From NCBI GenBank assembly GCA_963729715.1, contig CAVSPA010000003.1:318957-382956 (forward strand): 64,000 bases of DNA, given 5' to 3'. Position 1 is the stretch's first letter. Every line of letters begins with the position of its first letter. The DNA comes from an uncultured delta proteobacterium. Lineage in GTDB: Bacteria; Desulfobacterota; Syntrophia; Syntrophales; UBA2185. The translations under genes and the position numbers were made by a program. A model generated the notes under the pieces. The model was not told the origin of the DNA, made no database searches, and saw nothing but the letters and a program-made list of their open reading frames with translations. Positions 9,511-20,300 of this stretch are shown piece by piece.

Positions 9511-9693
9511 ATGCCCACTGTGATTATCGAAGCAGATGAAGGAAGAACAGTCGAGCAAAAGAGGGGTCTGGTGAAAGACATTACCGATGCCGTTTGCAGG
9601 AATTTCAAAGTCCCTCCGGATGCTGTGACCATTTTTATTCACGAAGGGAAAAAGGAAAATCGCGGGAAAGCGGGAAAGCTCGCTATAGACTGA
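9511..9693 (+). CDS. 4-oxalocrotonate tautomerase family protein
   Basis: 60 aa, N-terminal Pro after Met, EGRTVEQKRGLV motif, AGGAGG RBS. Confidence 0.92.
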   Translation: MPTVIIEADEGRTVEQKRGLVKDITDAVCRNFKVPPDAVTIFIHEGKKENRGKAGKLAID

Positions 9694-10104
9694 GGCCTCC
9701 ACCACATTTATTCTCCCTCGTTCGAGCCGCTGTGTTTCGGGAATTTCTTCAGTACGCAGACGTCTGCGCTTTTTAGTAAATTCAGACCTCACCTGTCCGA
9801 TAGGCGTAGTCCTTATGGAGATCCTCATAACTTTATCTGATTAGTACGCCCGTCTTTAGATGAAGAGAAGTCGCGGCTGCCGAAGGTCGTTTCAATAGAG
9901 GCCGTTCCTTCTATTTTGTGAGGGGTTTTCCATGATCCAGCTCAGACAGGATACAAGACACATGGAAAGGGTGAGCAGGAACAATATACTAAGATCCACC
10001 ATCCATTTTTTTGCTTTCAGATTATTCATGCATAATGATTTATCAACAATGACCAAGGCAGCTCATTTGTTTTTCATGCTTGCCATGGGGGCTATATATG
10101 CATA

Positions 10105-10495
10105 ATGATAGGTCCGCCGGGTTCAGGAAAGGCGATGCTGGCACAGAGGCTTCCCACCCTGACCTTTCCTGAGGCCATTGATATTACCAAGATATTTTCC
10201 GTCACAGGACTGCTTAACAAGAAAGAGACAATGCTGGGGACAAGGCCGTTTCGAGCGCCCCACCGCACAATTTCAGATGCCGGACAAAGAGATAAAGCTG
10301 TATTGCAGTGTAGATGAGGAATCGCAGAAATTGATCGAAATGGCCATAGAGAAACTCGGCTTCTCAGCTCGGGCCTATACCAAAGTACTGAAGATCGCCA
10401 GAACCATCGCGGATATTGAGGGAGATGAGAATATCCGCTCCCGCCATGTCGCTGAAGCCATCCAATACAGAAGCCTTGATAGAAAAATGATTTAG
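10105..10495 (+). pseudogene. comM: ComM/YifB Mg-chelatase-like ATPase remnant
   Basis: GPPGSGKAMLAQRLP and RPFRAPH in one frame; SARAYTKVLKIARTIAD...HVAEAIQYR in another; N-terminus and middle are missing. Confidence 0.85.
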
Positions 10496-10547
10496 TGATA
10501 AAGAACTCTACCTATGCCGATGGCAGAGCAAAGGGGGGAATGAATGT

Positions 10548-11624
10548 ATGGAGATTAAGATTGTTCGAGCTAAACCGAAGCAAATGAAGGCGAAGCCCGG
10601 GGACGAATCAAAGCTCGGGTTCGGGAAAATATTCACGGATCACTTCTTCACAATGAAATACCATGCGGATCGTGGCTGGTATGATGCGATGATAGAGCCC
10701 TATCGGCCTTTGTCCCTTGATCCCACGGCCATGTGCCTTCACTACGGACAGGAAATTTTTGAGGGGCTGAAGGCGTACCGGGGAAAGAACAACGGCCTCT
10801 TTCTTTTCAGACCGGACCGGAATATAAATCGGATGAATAACTCCGCGGATAGACTGTGTATGCCGCAGGTCGATCCCGATCTGTTTCTGGAGGCCATAAA
10901 AAAACTTGTTCTCTTCGACAAGGACTGGGTGCCGAGATCCCACGGAGCGTCCCTTTATATCAGGCCGACGATGATTGCTACTGAGGCGGCCCTAGGCGTG
11001 CACAGCTCCAATGCATACCTGTTTTTCATTGTCATTGGTCCAGTTGGTCCATACTACGCCGAGGGATTCAGTCCGACAAGCCTCTATGTGGATACGGAGT
11101 TTGTCCGTGCTGTGCGGGGGGGCATAGGGTTCATTAAGGCTGGGGGCAATTATGCCGCCAGTCTCCTGGCAAGTAAATTGGCCGCTGAAAAGGGATTCAC
11201 GCAGGTGCTCTGGTTAGATGCCATCGAGAGAAAGTATATCGAAGAGGTGGGGACGAGCAACATCTTTTTTCTCATCGGCGATGAGTTGATTACACCTCCC
11301 CTCACGGGAAGCATCCTGCCCGGTGTGACCCGTGATTCGGTGATACAGATGGCCAGGAGGTGGAATATTGCTGTTTCCGAAAAACCGATATCAATAGATG
11401 AGCTCATGGATGCTTCCGCCAAGGGCACACTGAAAGAGGCCTTTGCCTCCGGGACGGCGGCTATCGTCTCACCCATAGGGGAGATATTTTACAAGGGGAA
11501 GCCGACATCGATAGGCGGCGGGAAAATAGGGGCGCTAACCGAAAAATTATACAATGAAATTCTCCAGATACAATACGGCGAAAAAGATGATCCCTTTGGC
11601 TGGAGGGTGTCTATCTCGGACTGA
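10548..11624 (+). CDS. ilvE: Branched-chain amino acid aminotransferase
   Basis: LHYGQEIFEGLKAY, KAGGNY (PLP Lys), EVGTSN, ILPGVTR. Confidence 0.96.
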   Translation: MEIKIVRAKPKQMKAKPGDESKLGFGKIFTDHFFTMKYHADRGWYDAMIEPYRPLSLDPTAMCLHYGQEIFEGLKAYRGKNNGLFLFRPDRNINRMNNSADRLCMPQVDPDLFLEAIKKLVLFDKDWVPRSHGASLYIRPTMIATEAALGVHSSNAYLFFIVIGPVGPYYAEGFSPTSLYVDTEFVRAVRGGIGFIKAGGNYAASLLASKLAAEKGFTQVLWLDAIERKYIEEVGTSNIFFLIGDELITPPLTGSILPGVTRDSVIQMARRWNIAVSEKPISIDELMDASAKGTLKEAFASGTAAIVSPIGEIFYKGKPTSIGGGKIGALTEKLYNEILQIQYGEKDDPFGWRVSISD

Positions 11625-11905
11625 GATATGTATTTTGAAAGATATTCCCCTTGAAACAAGCACTTGTGATTCAAATCCACAGGAGTGTGGATGAGGTTGT
11701 TGATAAACTTGTTGATAATATACGTAAGTCCTCAATTGTGACAATTTTATACCTCATTGCATGCTATTGAGGCATTAAATAAGCTAAGCAATTACAATAT
11801 GATAGATAAGTGGTCTTTAGTTCCTGCTACTTAATGCTCGCTTCTTGTGTGATATGAACTTTTGAAAAAAATATGCCATTCTTGTTCTTATTTGGTGGAA
11901 AAAAA

Positions 11906-12598
11906 ATGAAAAGAAAATGCAAAAGAAGTAATCGTTACTTATTAAAGATAGCAATAATCTTGAATTTACTTCTATTTTTTGGTTCCGGAGTATCATTTGC
12001 GGATACCAAATCTCTCGACAAGTTGATTGCCAAAACGCAGGAGAGATATGAAAAAACTGGGGATCTCAAAGCGCAATTCATACAGGAAGTGACGATCAAG
12101 GCCATGAATAAGACAGAAAGGGAGGAAGGGGTTGTTTACGTAAAAAATCCGAGGAGAATGTTATGGGTCTATTCGAAACCAAAGGCAAAGAAATTAATCA
12201 TCAACCCCAAGAAAGCCTGGTTATATATTCCGGAGGACCATGCGGCCTACGTGCAGGATACGGAAAATATCTATAAGTCGAAGCTGGCCGTAAAATTTCT
12301 TTCAGGCATAGGCAAACTGAGCGAGGATTTTCACGTAGGCTTTTCCAAGCCTGATAATTTGGATAGGAATGGCAACTATCTCCTTACGCTTGTTCCTAAG
12401 GTTTCGGACACAGGTGTCGATAAGTTGTATGTCACTATTGATAAGGAAAACTTTCAAATCATACAATGCAGTTTTACAGACCTGTATGGAAATCTTACCC
12501 GTATCAGGCTCTCAGATATAAGAATCAACAACAATCTTGACGATAAGCTTTTCAGCTTCAAGCCGCCGTCAGGCGTAGATGTATTCAATATGCCATGA
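11906..12598 (+). CDS. lolA: Outer-membrane lipoprotein carrier LolA family
   Basis: Signal peptide, AQFIQ, MLWVYSKP, C-terminal LFSFKPPSGVDV. Confidence 0.85.
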   Translation: MKRKCKRSNRYLLKIAIILNLLLFFGSGVSFADTKSLDKLIAKTQERYEKTGDLKAQFIQEVTIKAMNKTEREEGVVYVKNPRRMLWVYSKPKAKKLIINPKKAWLYIPEDHAAYVQDTENIYKSKLAVKFLSGIGKLSEDFHVGFSKPDNLDRNGNYLLTLVPKVSDTGVDKLYVTIDKENFQIIQCSFTDLYGNLTRIRLSDIRINNNLDDKLFSFKPPSGVDVFNMP

Positions 12599-12705
12599 TT
12601 GATGGCCGCGCCGCCTTTTCTCCAGCCAACTTCTGGTTTTTTTTGCAGGTAAGTGTAATTCTTTCTGTAAGAGTATGTTTGCATGAATATTGAAGGTTGA
12701 CACAG

Positions 12706-14697
12706 ATGAAACAATTTGCCCTTGACGATCATTCTTGCTCGAATCTTGAAAAGGCGCTGACCTTGGAGTGGCTTGATACCAACGGTTTGGGGGGGTATGC
12801 CTCGAGTACGATCCTTTCTTGCAATACGAGAAAGTATCATGGCCTTTTGGTGGCAAATCTCAGGATGCCAAAAGGTAGGCATGTCCTTCTTTCGTGGATC
12901 GAGGACGCGGTCATTTCACGCAAAAAGGAATTATTCCTTTCCTGCTGTCAATATCCCGGCTTCTTTTTCCCCCACGAGAAACATTTCCTCACGGAATTCA
13001 GCCTCGATGATTCACCCCGGTTTACCTATGAGGCGGATGGGATATGCATCCATAAGGCAATCATGATGATCCACAACGAGGATCGCGTACTCATCCGTTA
13101 TGATATCGAAGATTGTCAGTCTCCGGGCCTCTTGCGCCTGAGGCCATTCGTTGCGTTTCGGGGTTACCATGCCTTGACCAAAGAGAACATGTTCCTGCAA
13201 ACGGAAACAGAGAAGACGGAAAGGGGATTCAGGCTGCACCCTTATGACGGTATGCCTCCCCTGGTTATGCAAACGAATGCAGAAGCGAAATTTTTTCCTT
13301 CTCCTTTATGGCACAATAATTTTGAATACAAGAGAGAGGAAGAGAGGGGCTTCGACTGGCATGAGGACCTCTTCTGTCCAGGCGCTCTAGAGATTCGCAT
13401 TGAAAAAGGAAGTGCAGTCATCATCTCCGCATCAACGGATGCCTGCCGGGAAAAGCTCGAAGACATATGGATGAAGGAAACGGCGAGACGCGCCAAGGAG
13501 GCGTCAAGAGACGAGAAGATTGCGGACAAGTTCGAAAATGAGGATAGGGTTCACGTCCGAAACCTGATTGCTTCGGGCCGGCAATTTCTCATCAGCTCTC
13601 CCACAGGCAGACCGGCGATCATCGCCGGATATCACTGGTTCGGCGACTGGGGGCGGGACACGCTCATCTCACTTCCCGGTCTGACATTTTTAAGCGGCCG
13701 TTCCGAGGAGGGGGTGGCCATACTCAACTCGATGGGTGCATACGAGAAAAATGGCCTGCTTCCCAATTATTTCTCCGATGACGAGACGGAAAATGCCTAC
13801 AATACTGTTGATACTTCACTCTGGTATTTCTGGGCCGTTCAGCAGATGCTGAAGTGCACAGGCGACATAGGGTTTATTAAGAACCGGCTGTGGCCGGTCA
13901 TGAAGAGGATTCTGAAAGGGTATATGGATGGCACTGCATTCAATATCCATATGGGAGAAAACGGTTTGCTCCACGCAGGCGATAAAGACACGCATATCAC
14001 ATGGATGGATGCAACCGTGAGAGGCACGCCTGTTACCGCGCGATGGGGATATCCCGTGGAGATCAATGCCCTCTGGTACAACGCCATCTGCGTTGCCGAG
14101 GACCTCGGGAAACTTTTTGATGACCGTAAGCATTCTTTCCGGGACCTGATCCCGATGATAAGGAAATCATTTGTCGATACCTTCTGGATCGAGAAAGAAG
14201 CCTATCTCGGTGACGTCTTCCGCGACGGTATCCTGGACTGTGCCGTCAGACCGAATCAGATTCTGGCCGTCTCGCTTCCCTATTCACCGTTGGACGCCGA
14301 TAAATGGCAGGGTGTCGTTGATAAGGTCAAGAAGCATCTTCTTACCCCGGTTGGCCTGAGAACCCTCTCACCGGAAGATAGAGACTATAAGGGGAGATAC
14401 GAAGGCGACAGCTTCACGAGGGATGCGGCCTATCATCAAGGCACTGCATGGCCCTGGCTGATAGGACAATTCGGCGAGGCATATATGAAGGCCGCAGAAG
14501 ACAAAACAGCAGCGAAGACATTCCTCCTTGATTATATGCGAACATTTATCCGCGGGCATATGCCGGAGGCCGGCATCGGCTGCATATCTGAAATCTTCGA
14601 CGGCGATGTCCCGCATCGCCCGAATGGTTGCATTTCGCAGGCCTGGAGCGTGGCCGGATTTATCAGTTTGTATACGCTGCTAAAACGATACTCCTGA
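12706..14697 (+). CDS. Glycogen debranching enzyme (amylo-alpha-1,6-glucosidase)
   Basis: EWLDTNGLGGYASST, IIAGYHWFGDWGRDT, TWMDA, AYHQGTAWPW, QAWSVA. Confidence 0.93.
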   Translation: MKQFALDDHSCSNLEKALTLEWLDTNGLGGYASSTILSCNTRKYHGLLVANLRMPKGRHVLLSWIEDAVISRKKELFLSCCQYPGFFFPHEKHFLTEFSLDDSPRFTYEADGICIHKAIMMIHNEDRVLIRYDIEDCQSPGLLRLRPFVAFRGYHALTKENMFLQTETEKTERGFRLHPYDGMPPLVMQTNAEAKFFPSPLWHNNFEYKREEERGFDWHEDLFCPGALEIRIEKGSAVIISASTDACREKLEDIWMKETARRAKEASRDEKIADKFENEDRVHVRNLIASGRQFLISSPTGRPAIIAGYHWFGDWGRDTLISLPGLTFLSGRSEEGVAILNSMGAYEKNGLLPNYFSDDETENAYNTVDTSLWYFWAVQQMLKCTGDIGFIKNRLWPVMKRILKGYMDGTAFNIHMGENGLLHAGDKDTHITWMDATVRGTPVTARWGYPVEINALWYNAICVAEDLGKLFDDRKHSFRDLIPMIRKSFVDTFWIEKEAYLGDVFRDGILDCAVRPNQILAVSLPYSPLDADKWQGVVDKVKKHLLTPVGLRTLSPEDRDYKGRYEGDSFTRDAAYHQGTAWPWLIGQFGEAYMKAAEDKTAAKTFLLDYMRTFIRGHMPEAGIGCISEIFDGDVPHRPNGCISQAWSVAGFISLYTLLKRYS

Positions 14698-14854
14698 TAC
14701 TTAGCATGCCGTAAAGGCGTTCGCTGGTAAATCAATGAAAGGATTTTCTGGTTTACTTTGACCCGGCCTTATGACATTATAAAAATATATTCCAGCGGTA
14801 TCGTGCAAGAGTCACCCCTGTAATAACATTCCGGTACAGACACATAATTGTTTT

Positions 14855-16165
14855 ATGGCAAGGAGGCGGAGAGCCTTGAGAATCCTTATGTTCGGGTGGG
14901 AATTCCCGCCCCGTGTAAGCGGCGGTCTCGGAACAGCCTGTTTCGGTATCACAAAGGCTCTCGTCGCGTTGGGTCACAAGATATCCTTTGTCATTCCCAA
15001 ATGGCATGGTGAAGCGTTGCCGTCACACGTGGAATTGATTTCGGCGCCGGCAATTCCCGTGAGGGCGGAGGATGTTGGTGCGCTGGATATCTTTGCCGGA
15101 CTCCGCGTGAGGTTGATTAATTCTGCTCTTAGACCTTATCTGAACGACGGCCAATATGAAAAGCAGTGGCGACAATCAGACCTGCCGTTAAACGAAAAGG
15201 ACTGGATGGATAAGGAAGGCTCCCGCGTCTTCGGAGCATCAGGGCCATATGGTCCGAATCTGATTGCCGAAGTTATGAGGTATGCAAGGGCGGCCGGTGT
15301 CATTGCCGGAGATCAGCCGTTTGATGTCATTCACGCCCATGACTGGATGACCGTCTTTGCCGGTCTCTATGCCAAGAAGGCGAGCGGGAAGCCCCTTGTG
15401 CTTCACATTCATTCTCTGGAATTTGACAGGAGCGGCGAAAACGTGAATCAGGATATCTTTTGTCTCGAGCGCTCGGGCATGGTGTTGTGCGATCATATTA
15501 TTGCTGTCAGCAATTATACGAAAAATTTGATTATCAAGCGCTATGGTATTGACCCTGACAAGATATCGGTGGTTCATAACGCCGTTTCGCGCCGCGAAGC
15601 ACCGCGGGTCTACCATTGGGAAAAGAATCCCGACAAAAAGGTTGTGCTTTTTCTCGGCAGGATTACCCTTCAAAAAGGTCCTGACTACTTTGTCGAGGCA
15701 GCGGCAAGAGTCTTGAAAGAATTTCCGGAGGTCACGTTCGTCATGGCGGGCGCAGGAGATATGATGCCCCGCATGATTGAGAGGGTCGCCGAACTCCACA
15801 TAGGGAAGAATTTTCACTTTACCGGTTTCCTTCAGGGAACGGAAGTCGAGCGTATATTTTCCATGAGCGACATGTATGTCATGCCCAGCGTGTCGGAACC
15901 TTTTGGCATATCTTCTCTTGAGGCGATGGTTTACGATGTGCCTGTCATAATCTCCAGACAGTCAGGTGCAGCGGAGATCCTGGACCATGTCTTAAAAGTG
16001 GACTTCTGGGATGTGGATGAAATTGCCAATAAGATAATCGCTATTCTAAGATACCCGAGCCTGGCAGAAGAGATTGTCAAAAGGTCGCGTGGACAGCTGC
16101 GAAGCGTTCACTGGGGAAAGGCTGCTGAAAAGATCGCCGATGTCTACAGGCTCGTGACACATTGA
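14855..16165 (+). CDS. GT4 glycosyltransferase (glycogen synthase-like)
   Basis: GWEFPPRVSGGLG, HAHDW, PSVSEPFG. Confidence 0.92.
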   Translation: MARRRRALRILMFGWEFPPRVSGGLGTACFGITKALVALGHKISFVIPKWHGEALPSHVELISAPAIPVRAEDVGALDIFAGLRVRLINSALRPYLNDGQYEKQWRQSDLPLNEKDWMDKEGSRVFGASGPYGPNLIAEVMRYARAAGVIAGDQPFDVIHAHDWMTVFAGLYAKKASGKPLVLHIHSLEFDRSGENVNQDIFCLERSGMVLCDHIIAVSNYTKNLIIKRYGIDPDKISVVHNAVSRREAPRVYHWEKNPDKKVVLFLGRITLQKGPDYFVEAAARVLKEFPEVTFVMAGAGDMMPRMIERVAELHIGKNFHFTGFLQGTEVERIFSMSDMYVMPSVSEPFGISSLEAMVYDVPVIISRQSGAAEILDHVLKVDFWDVDEIANKIIAILRYPSLAEEIVKRSRGQLRSVHWGKAAEKIADVYRLVTH

Positions 16166-16177
16166 AAAGGTGGGAAA

Positions 16178-17377
16178 ATGCCAAGTATCTGTCTTCTCTT
16201 TCACGTGAATAAGCCTCGCTGGCTGAAGCACTATACCTTCTTTGATATTGACCATGACCACATCTACGAGGATTCGGAAAGAAACCTCGAGAACCTCAAC
16301 ATATCGGCTGAAAAATGTTATCTTCCTGCCAACCGCATCATGCTTGATCTGATCAAGAGCTATAAGGGAGATTTCCGGGTAGCGTTTTCGATAACAGGCG
16401 TTCTCCTTGATCAATTTGAAAAACATCGTGTCGACGTTCTTGAAAGCTTCAAGCGACTTGCTGATACGGGATGCGTGGAGTTTGTCAGTGAGACTTATTA
16501 CCATTCCCTCGCATATCTCTATTCCGTCCGGGAATTCAGAGAACAGGTCATGATGCACAGGAAGAAAATAAAGGCCCTGTTCGGTCAGACTCCGAGGACA
16601 CTTCGTCACACCGAGCTCATCTATAACAGCGCCCTCGCGAAATTGGCAGAAAAAATGGGATACCGCGTCATTGTGGCCGAAGGGGCGGATAAGATTCTAG
16701 GATGGCGGTCTCCCAACTATGTTTACCGACCATCAGGGTGCAAGACCCTGAAACTGCTCTTGAGAAACTACCGCCTCTCCGATGATATTGCCTTTCATTT
16801 TTCGGACCCCAAGTGGTCTGAACATCCATTCGCGGCCGATAAATATGCCAACTGGATTCACAGTATGAACGATACCGGGGATGTCATAAACCTTTTCATG
16901 AATTATGAGACCTTTGGTGAACATAATCCGGATGAAACGGGGATACTTGACTTTCTCCGTCTCCTGCCCCGCGAAATTCTCGCGCATCGCGAGTTCAGGT
17001 TTCAGACACCATCGGAGATTGTCGGAGACTACGCTCCAGCTGACGAGCTTAGTGTGGAGGATTATATCTCATGGGCGGATGCGGATAGGGATTTGGAGGC
17101 GCGGCTGGGAAATGCATTGCAGAAAGACGCGATCGATGCATTGTACAGTATGGAGTCGAAAGTGAGGCGCCGGAAAGACGCGATATTTCTCCACACGTGG
17201 CGCATGCTTCAGGCATCTGATCATTTTTTCTACATGCGCACCAAAGAGCATGCCGAGGGGGACATGCATAAACATTCCAATCCCTACGGGTCGCCTTATG
17301 ACGCGTATATCAACTATATGAATATCATCGACGACTTTTCCGGATTCTTAGGCAAGAAAGAGGAGCGCAATTCATGA
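16178..17377 (+). CDS. GH57 alpha-amylase-like protein
   Basis: ETYYHSL, TELIY, LSDDIAF, YETFGEH, SWAD, SDHFFYM. Confidence 0.9.
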   Translation: MPSICLLFHVNKPRWLKHYTFFDIDHDHIYEDSERNLENLNISAEKCYLPANRIMLDLIKSYKGDFRVAFSITGVLLDQFEKHRVDVLESFKRLADTGCVEFVSETYYHSLAYLYSVREFREQVMMHRKKIKALFGQTPRTLRHTELIYNSALAKLAEKMGYRVIVAEGADKILGWRSPNYVYRPSGCKTLKLLLRNYRLSDDIAFHFSDPKWSEHPFAADKYANWIHSMNDTGDVINLFMNYETFGEHNPDETGILDFLRLLPREILAHREFRFQTPSEIVGDYAPADELSVEDYISWADADRDLEARLGNALQKDAIDALYSMESKVRRRKDAIFLHTWRMLQASDHFFYMRTKEHAEGDMHKHSNPYGSPYDAYINYMNIIDDFSGFLGKKEERNS

Positions 17378-20300
17378 AGAGGCAGACTAAGGGCTATCTA
17401 TTTGAGGTCAGCTGGGAGGTATGCAATAAAGTCGGAGGAATATACACCGTTATTGCCAGCAAGATGAGGGAGGCCATTCGCAACTATGGTGAACGGTACT
17501 TTCTTCTCGGACCCGACCTCAAGACGAACCCCGATTTTGAAGAAACAGACGAAGACTGCTGGGTCAAGATCAGGGAAAGTACGGCCATTAAAGAGATACC
17601 GTGCCGTTTTGGCAGGTGGAAGATTCCCGGCGAGCCGAAGGTCATCCTTGTCAATTTCGGAAAGAAATATGACAAAGACCAGTTGCTCTACAGGCTCTGG
17701 GAAGATTACGGAATAGATTCCATAGCCGGCGGATGGGACTACGTGGAACCCTTGATGTTCAGTTACGCCTGCGGTGAAGTAATCGAAACGATCTACAACC
17801 TGATGGTCAGACCGCATAATAACGCGTCCGCCATCGCCCAGTTCCACGAATGGATGTGCGGTGCCGGCCTCCTCTGTGTGAAAAAAAAGGTTCCCGAAAT
17901 AGGCACCATATTTACGACACACGCAACTATTCTCGGAAGAACACTCGCAGGTTCAGGGGTGGATATATACACGGATATGGACAACATATCGCCGCTTACG
18001 GAAGCGAGCGCCCACAACATCAAAGCGAAATATTCCATGGAAGTGGCCTCCGCAAGGGAGGCGGACTGTTTTACAACAGTCAGTGAGATAACCGCTGCCG
18101 AGGCGAAGAATTTTCTGGGCAGGTACCCGGATGTTATTACACCCAACGGCCTCGATGTGGACCACATCCCCGATCTTACGGCAAACAGAGCGCCGGCATT
18201 GAAAGTGAGGGAAAAGCTCCTCGCCGCGGCTTCACGGTTCTTGAGAAAAGATTTTCCTGCGCATACGAAGATATTGATCATATCAGGACGCTACGAATTC
18301 CATAATAAAGGCATTGATATTTTTCTGAATGCGTTAGGACGTCTCGAAAAGGACATGACCAAAGATGAAGAAGTTCTGGCCTGCCTTTTCGTACTCGGAG
18401 GACACATGGATCTGATTCCCACCCTGCAGTGCGAGCCCGGAAGAGTCGAACCGGGCAACCCTCCCATTGCCACCCACAGGCTACATTATGAGGCATCCGA
18501 TCCTATTTTGCAGACATGCAACAGATTGGGACTTATGAATACGTCCCAAAACAGGATTCACGTCATCTTTGACCCGGCGTACTTAAACGGTCATGACGGA
18601 CTGATCGACATGACCTATTATGAAGCACTGTCGGGATGTGATCTCGGGGTCTTCCCGTCATACTATGAACCGTGGGGATACACGCCCCTCGAGAGCGTAG
18701 CTCACTGCGTACCTACGGTAACTACCGATCAGGCTGGTTTCGGTCTCTGGGTCCAGGAGAAGGCGGGTGAGAGCAGCGGGGTCATCCTCTTGAAACGTAA
18801 AGGGCAGAAGATCGATCTGATTGAAGAAGACCTGTATAACATCTTCAAGGGATTTCTATCTTGGAACGATCAGGAAATAGTAGAGAGGCGGAAGAGCGCG
18901 AGACATGTAGCCCTTCAGGCAAACTGGAGAGACTTCTTCAAGTTCTATCTCCAGGCCTATGACAGGGCCATCTCCACTGCCCATGAACGTGCGGAAAAGC
19001 TTGTCCTCATTGACGACAGGGTGGAAAGGAAATATGTATTCGCCGGCAGTGTATCTACGCAGCCACATTTTCGCGCATTTACGGCCGTGGTAAATCTTCC
19101 TCACAAGATTGAGCGGCTGCGGGAGCTCGCCTACAACCTCTGGTGGACGTGGCACCCCAACGCACGCAGCCTCTATATTTCCCTTGATCCAAAAGTATGG
19201 CAGCAAATGGGAAATAACCCGGTTCGTATGTTGGAAAATGTGTCTCCGGAGAAATTATTGGAGGCGTCGGAAAACCCCAGCTATATGACAATGTATGCGC
19301 AGATCATGCAGCAGTTCGACGAATACATGAATGACAAGACTACCGACAAAAGGGTACAGGCCTCCCAGGCAATCAAGTGGTCTTCGCCGATTGCCTATTT
19401 CTCGGCAGAATACGGCCTGCACGAATGCATCCCCATCTATTCGGGGGGATTGGGTACGCTCTCCGGCGATCATCTGAAAACCGCGAGCGATCTCAATATG
19501 CCGCTTGTGGGCATCGGTCTTCTCTATAAGAACGGCTATTTTAGGCAGGTCATTGATAAGAACGGCATTCAGATAGAGGAATATCCGGAGAATGAATTCT
19601 CTATGATGCCTGTGCAAATTGTCAGGGACGACATGGGCAATGAGGTTCAGATATCTCTCGAATTGCCCGGAAGAACGCTGTATGCGAATATCTGGGAGGT
19701 CAAGGTGGGGCGCGTATCGCTATACCTGCTCAACGCAGACGTTCCGGGGAATACCGTGCAGGACAGAAAAATAACGGAGCGTCTCTACCCGGCGGACCAG
19801 AGGATAAGGATTGAGCAGGAGATCCTTTTGGGCATGGGCGGCGTCAGGCTGATAAAGAAGCTGGGCATCCGGCCGCGTGTCTACCATCTCAACGAGGGTC
19901 ATTCCGCATTTCTTATTTTCGAACGCATCACCGGTCTGATGGCGGAGGAATCCCTTTCCCTCGATGAGGCCATTGAAGTCGTTTGCGGAAGCACGGCATT
20001 CACCACCCATACGCCCGTTGAAGCAGGTATTGAGAGGTTTCCGAGGGATTTGATGGAACATTACTTTTCCAGCTTCATCAAGAAAACGGGCATGTCCTGG
20101 TCACAGTTCTGGGAACTGGGAAGGAAGGAGGGTGGAGAAGAGCGAACGTTCTTCATGGCCATTTTTGCATTGAAGATGGCCCACATGAGCAATGCCGTAA
20201 GCCACGTTCATGAGGAAGTGTCGAAACGCATGTGGCGTGATGTGTGGAAGGGTTTTAACATCTCGGATATCCCCATCAGTCACATTACGAACGGCGTCCA

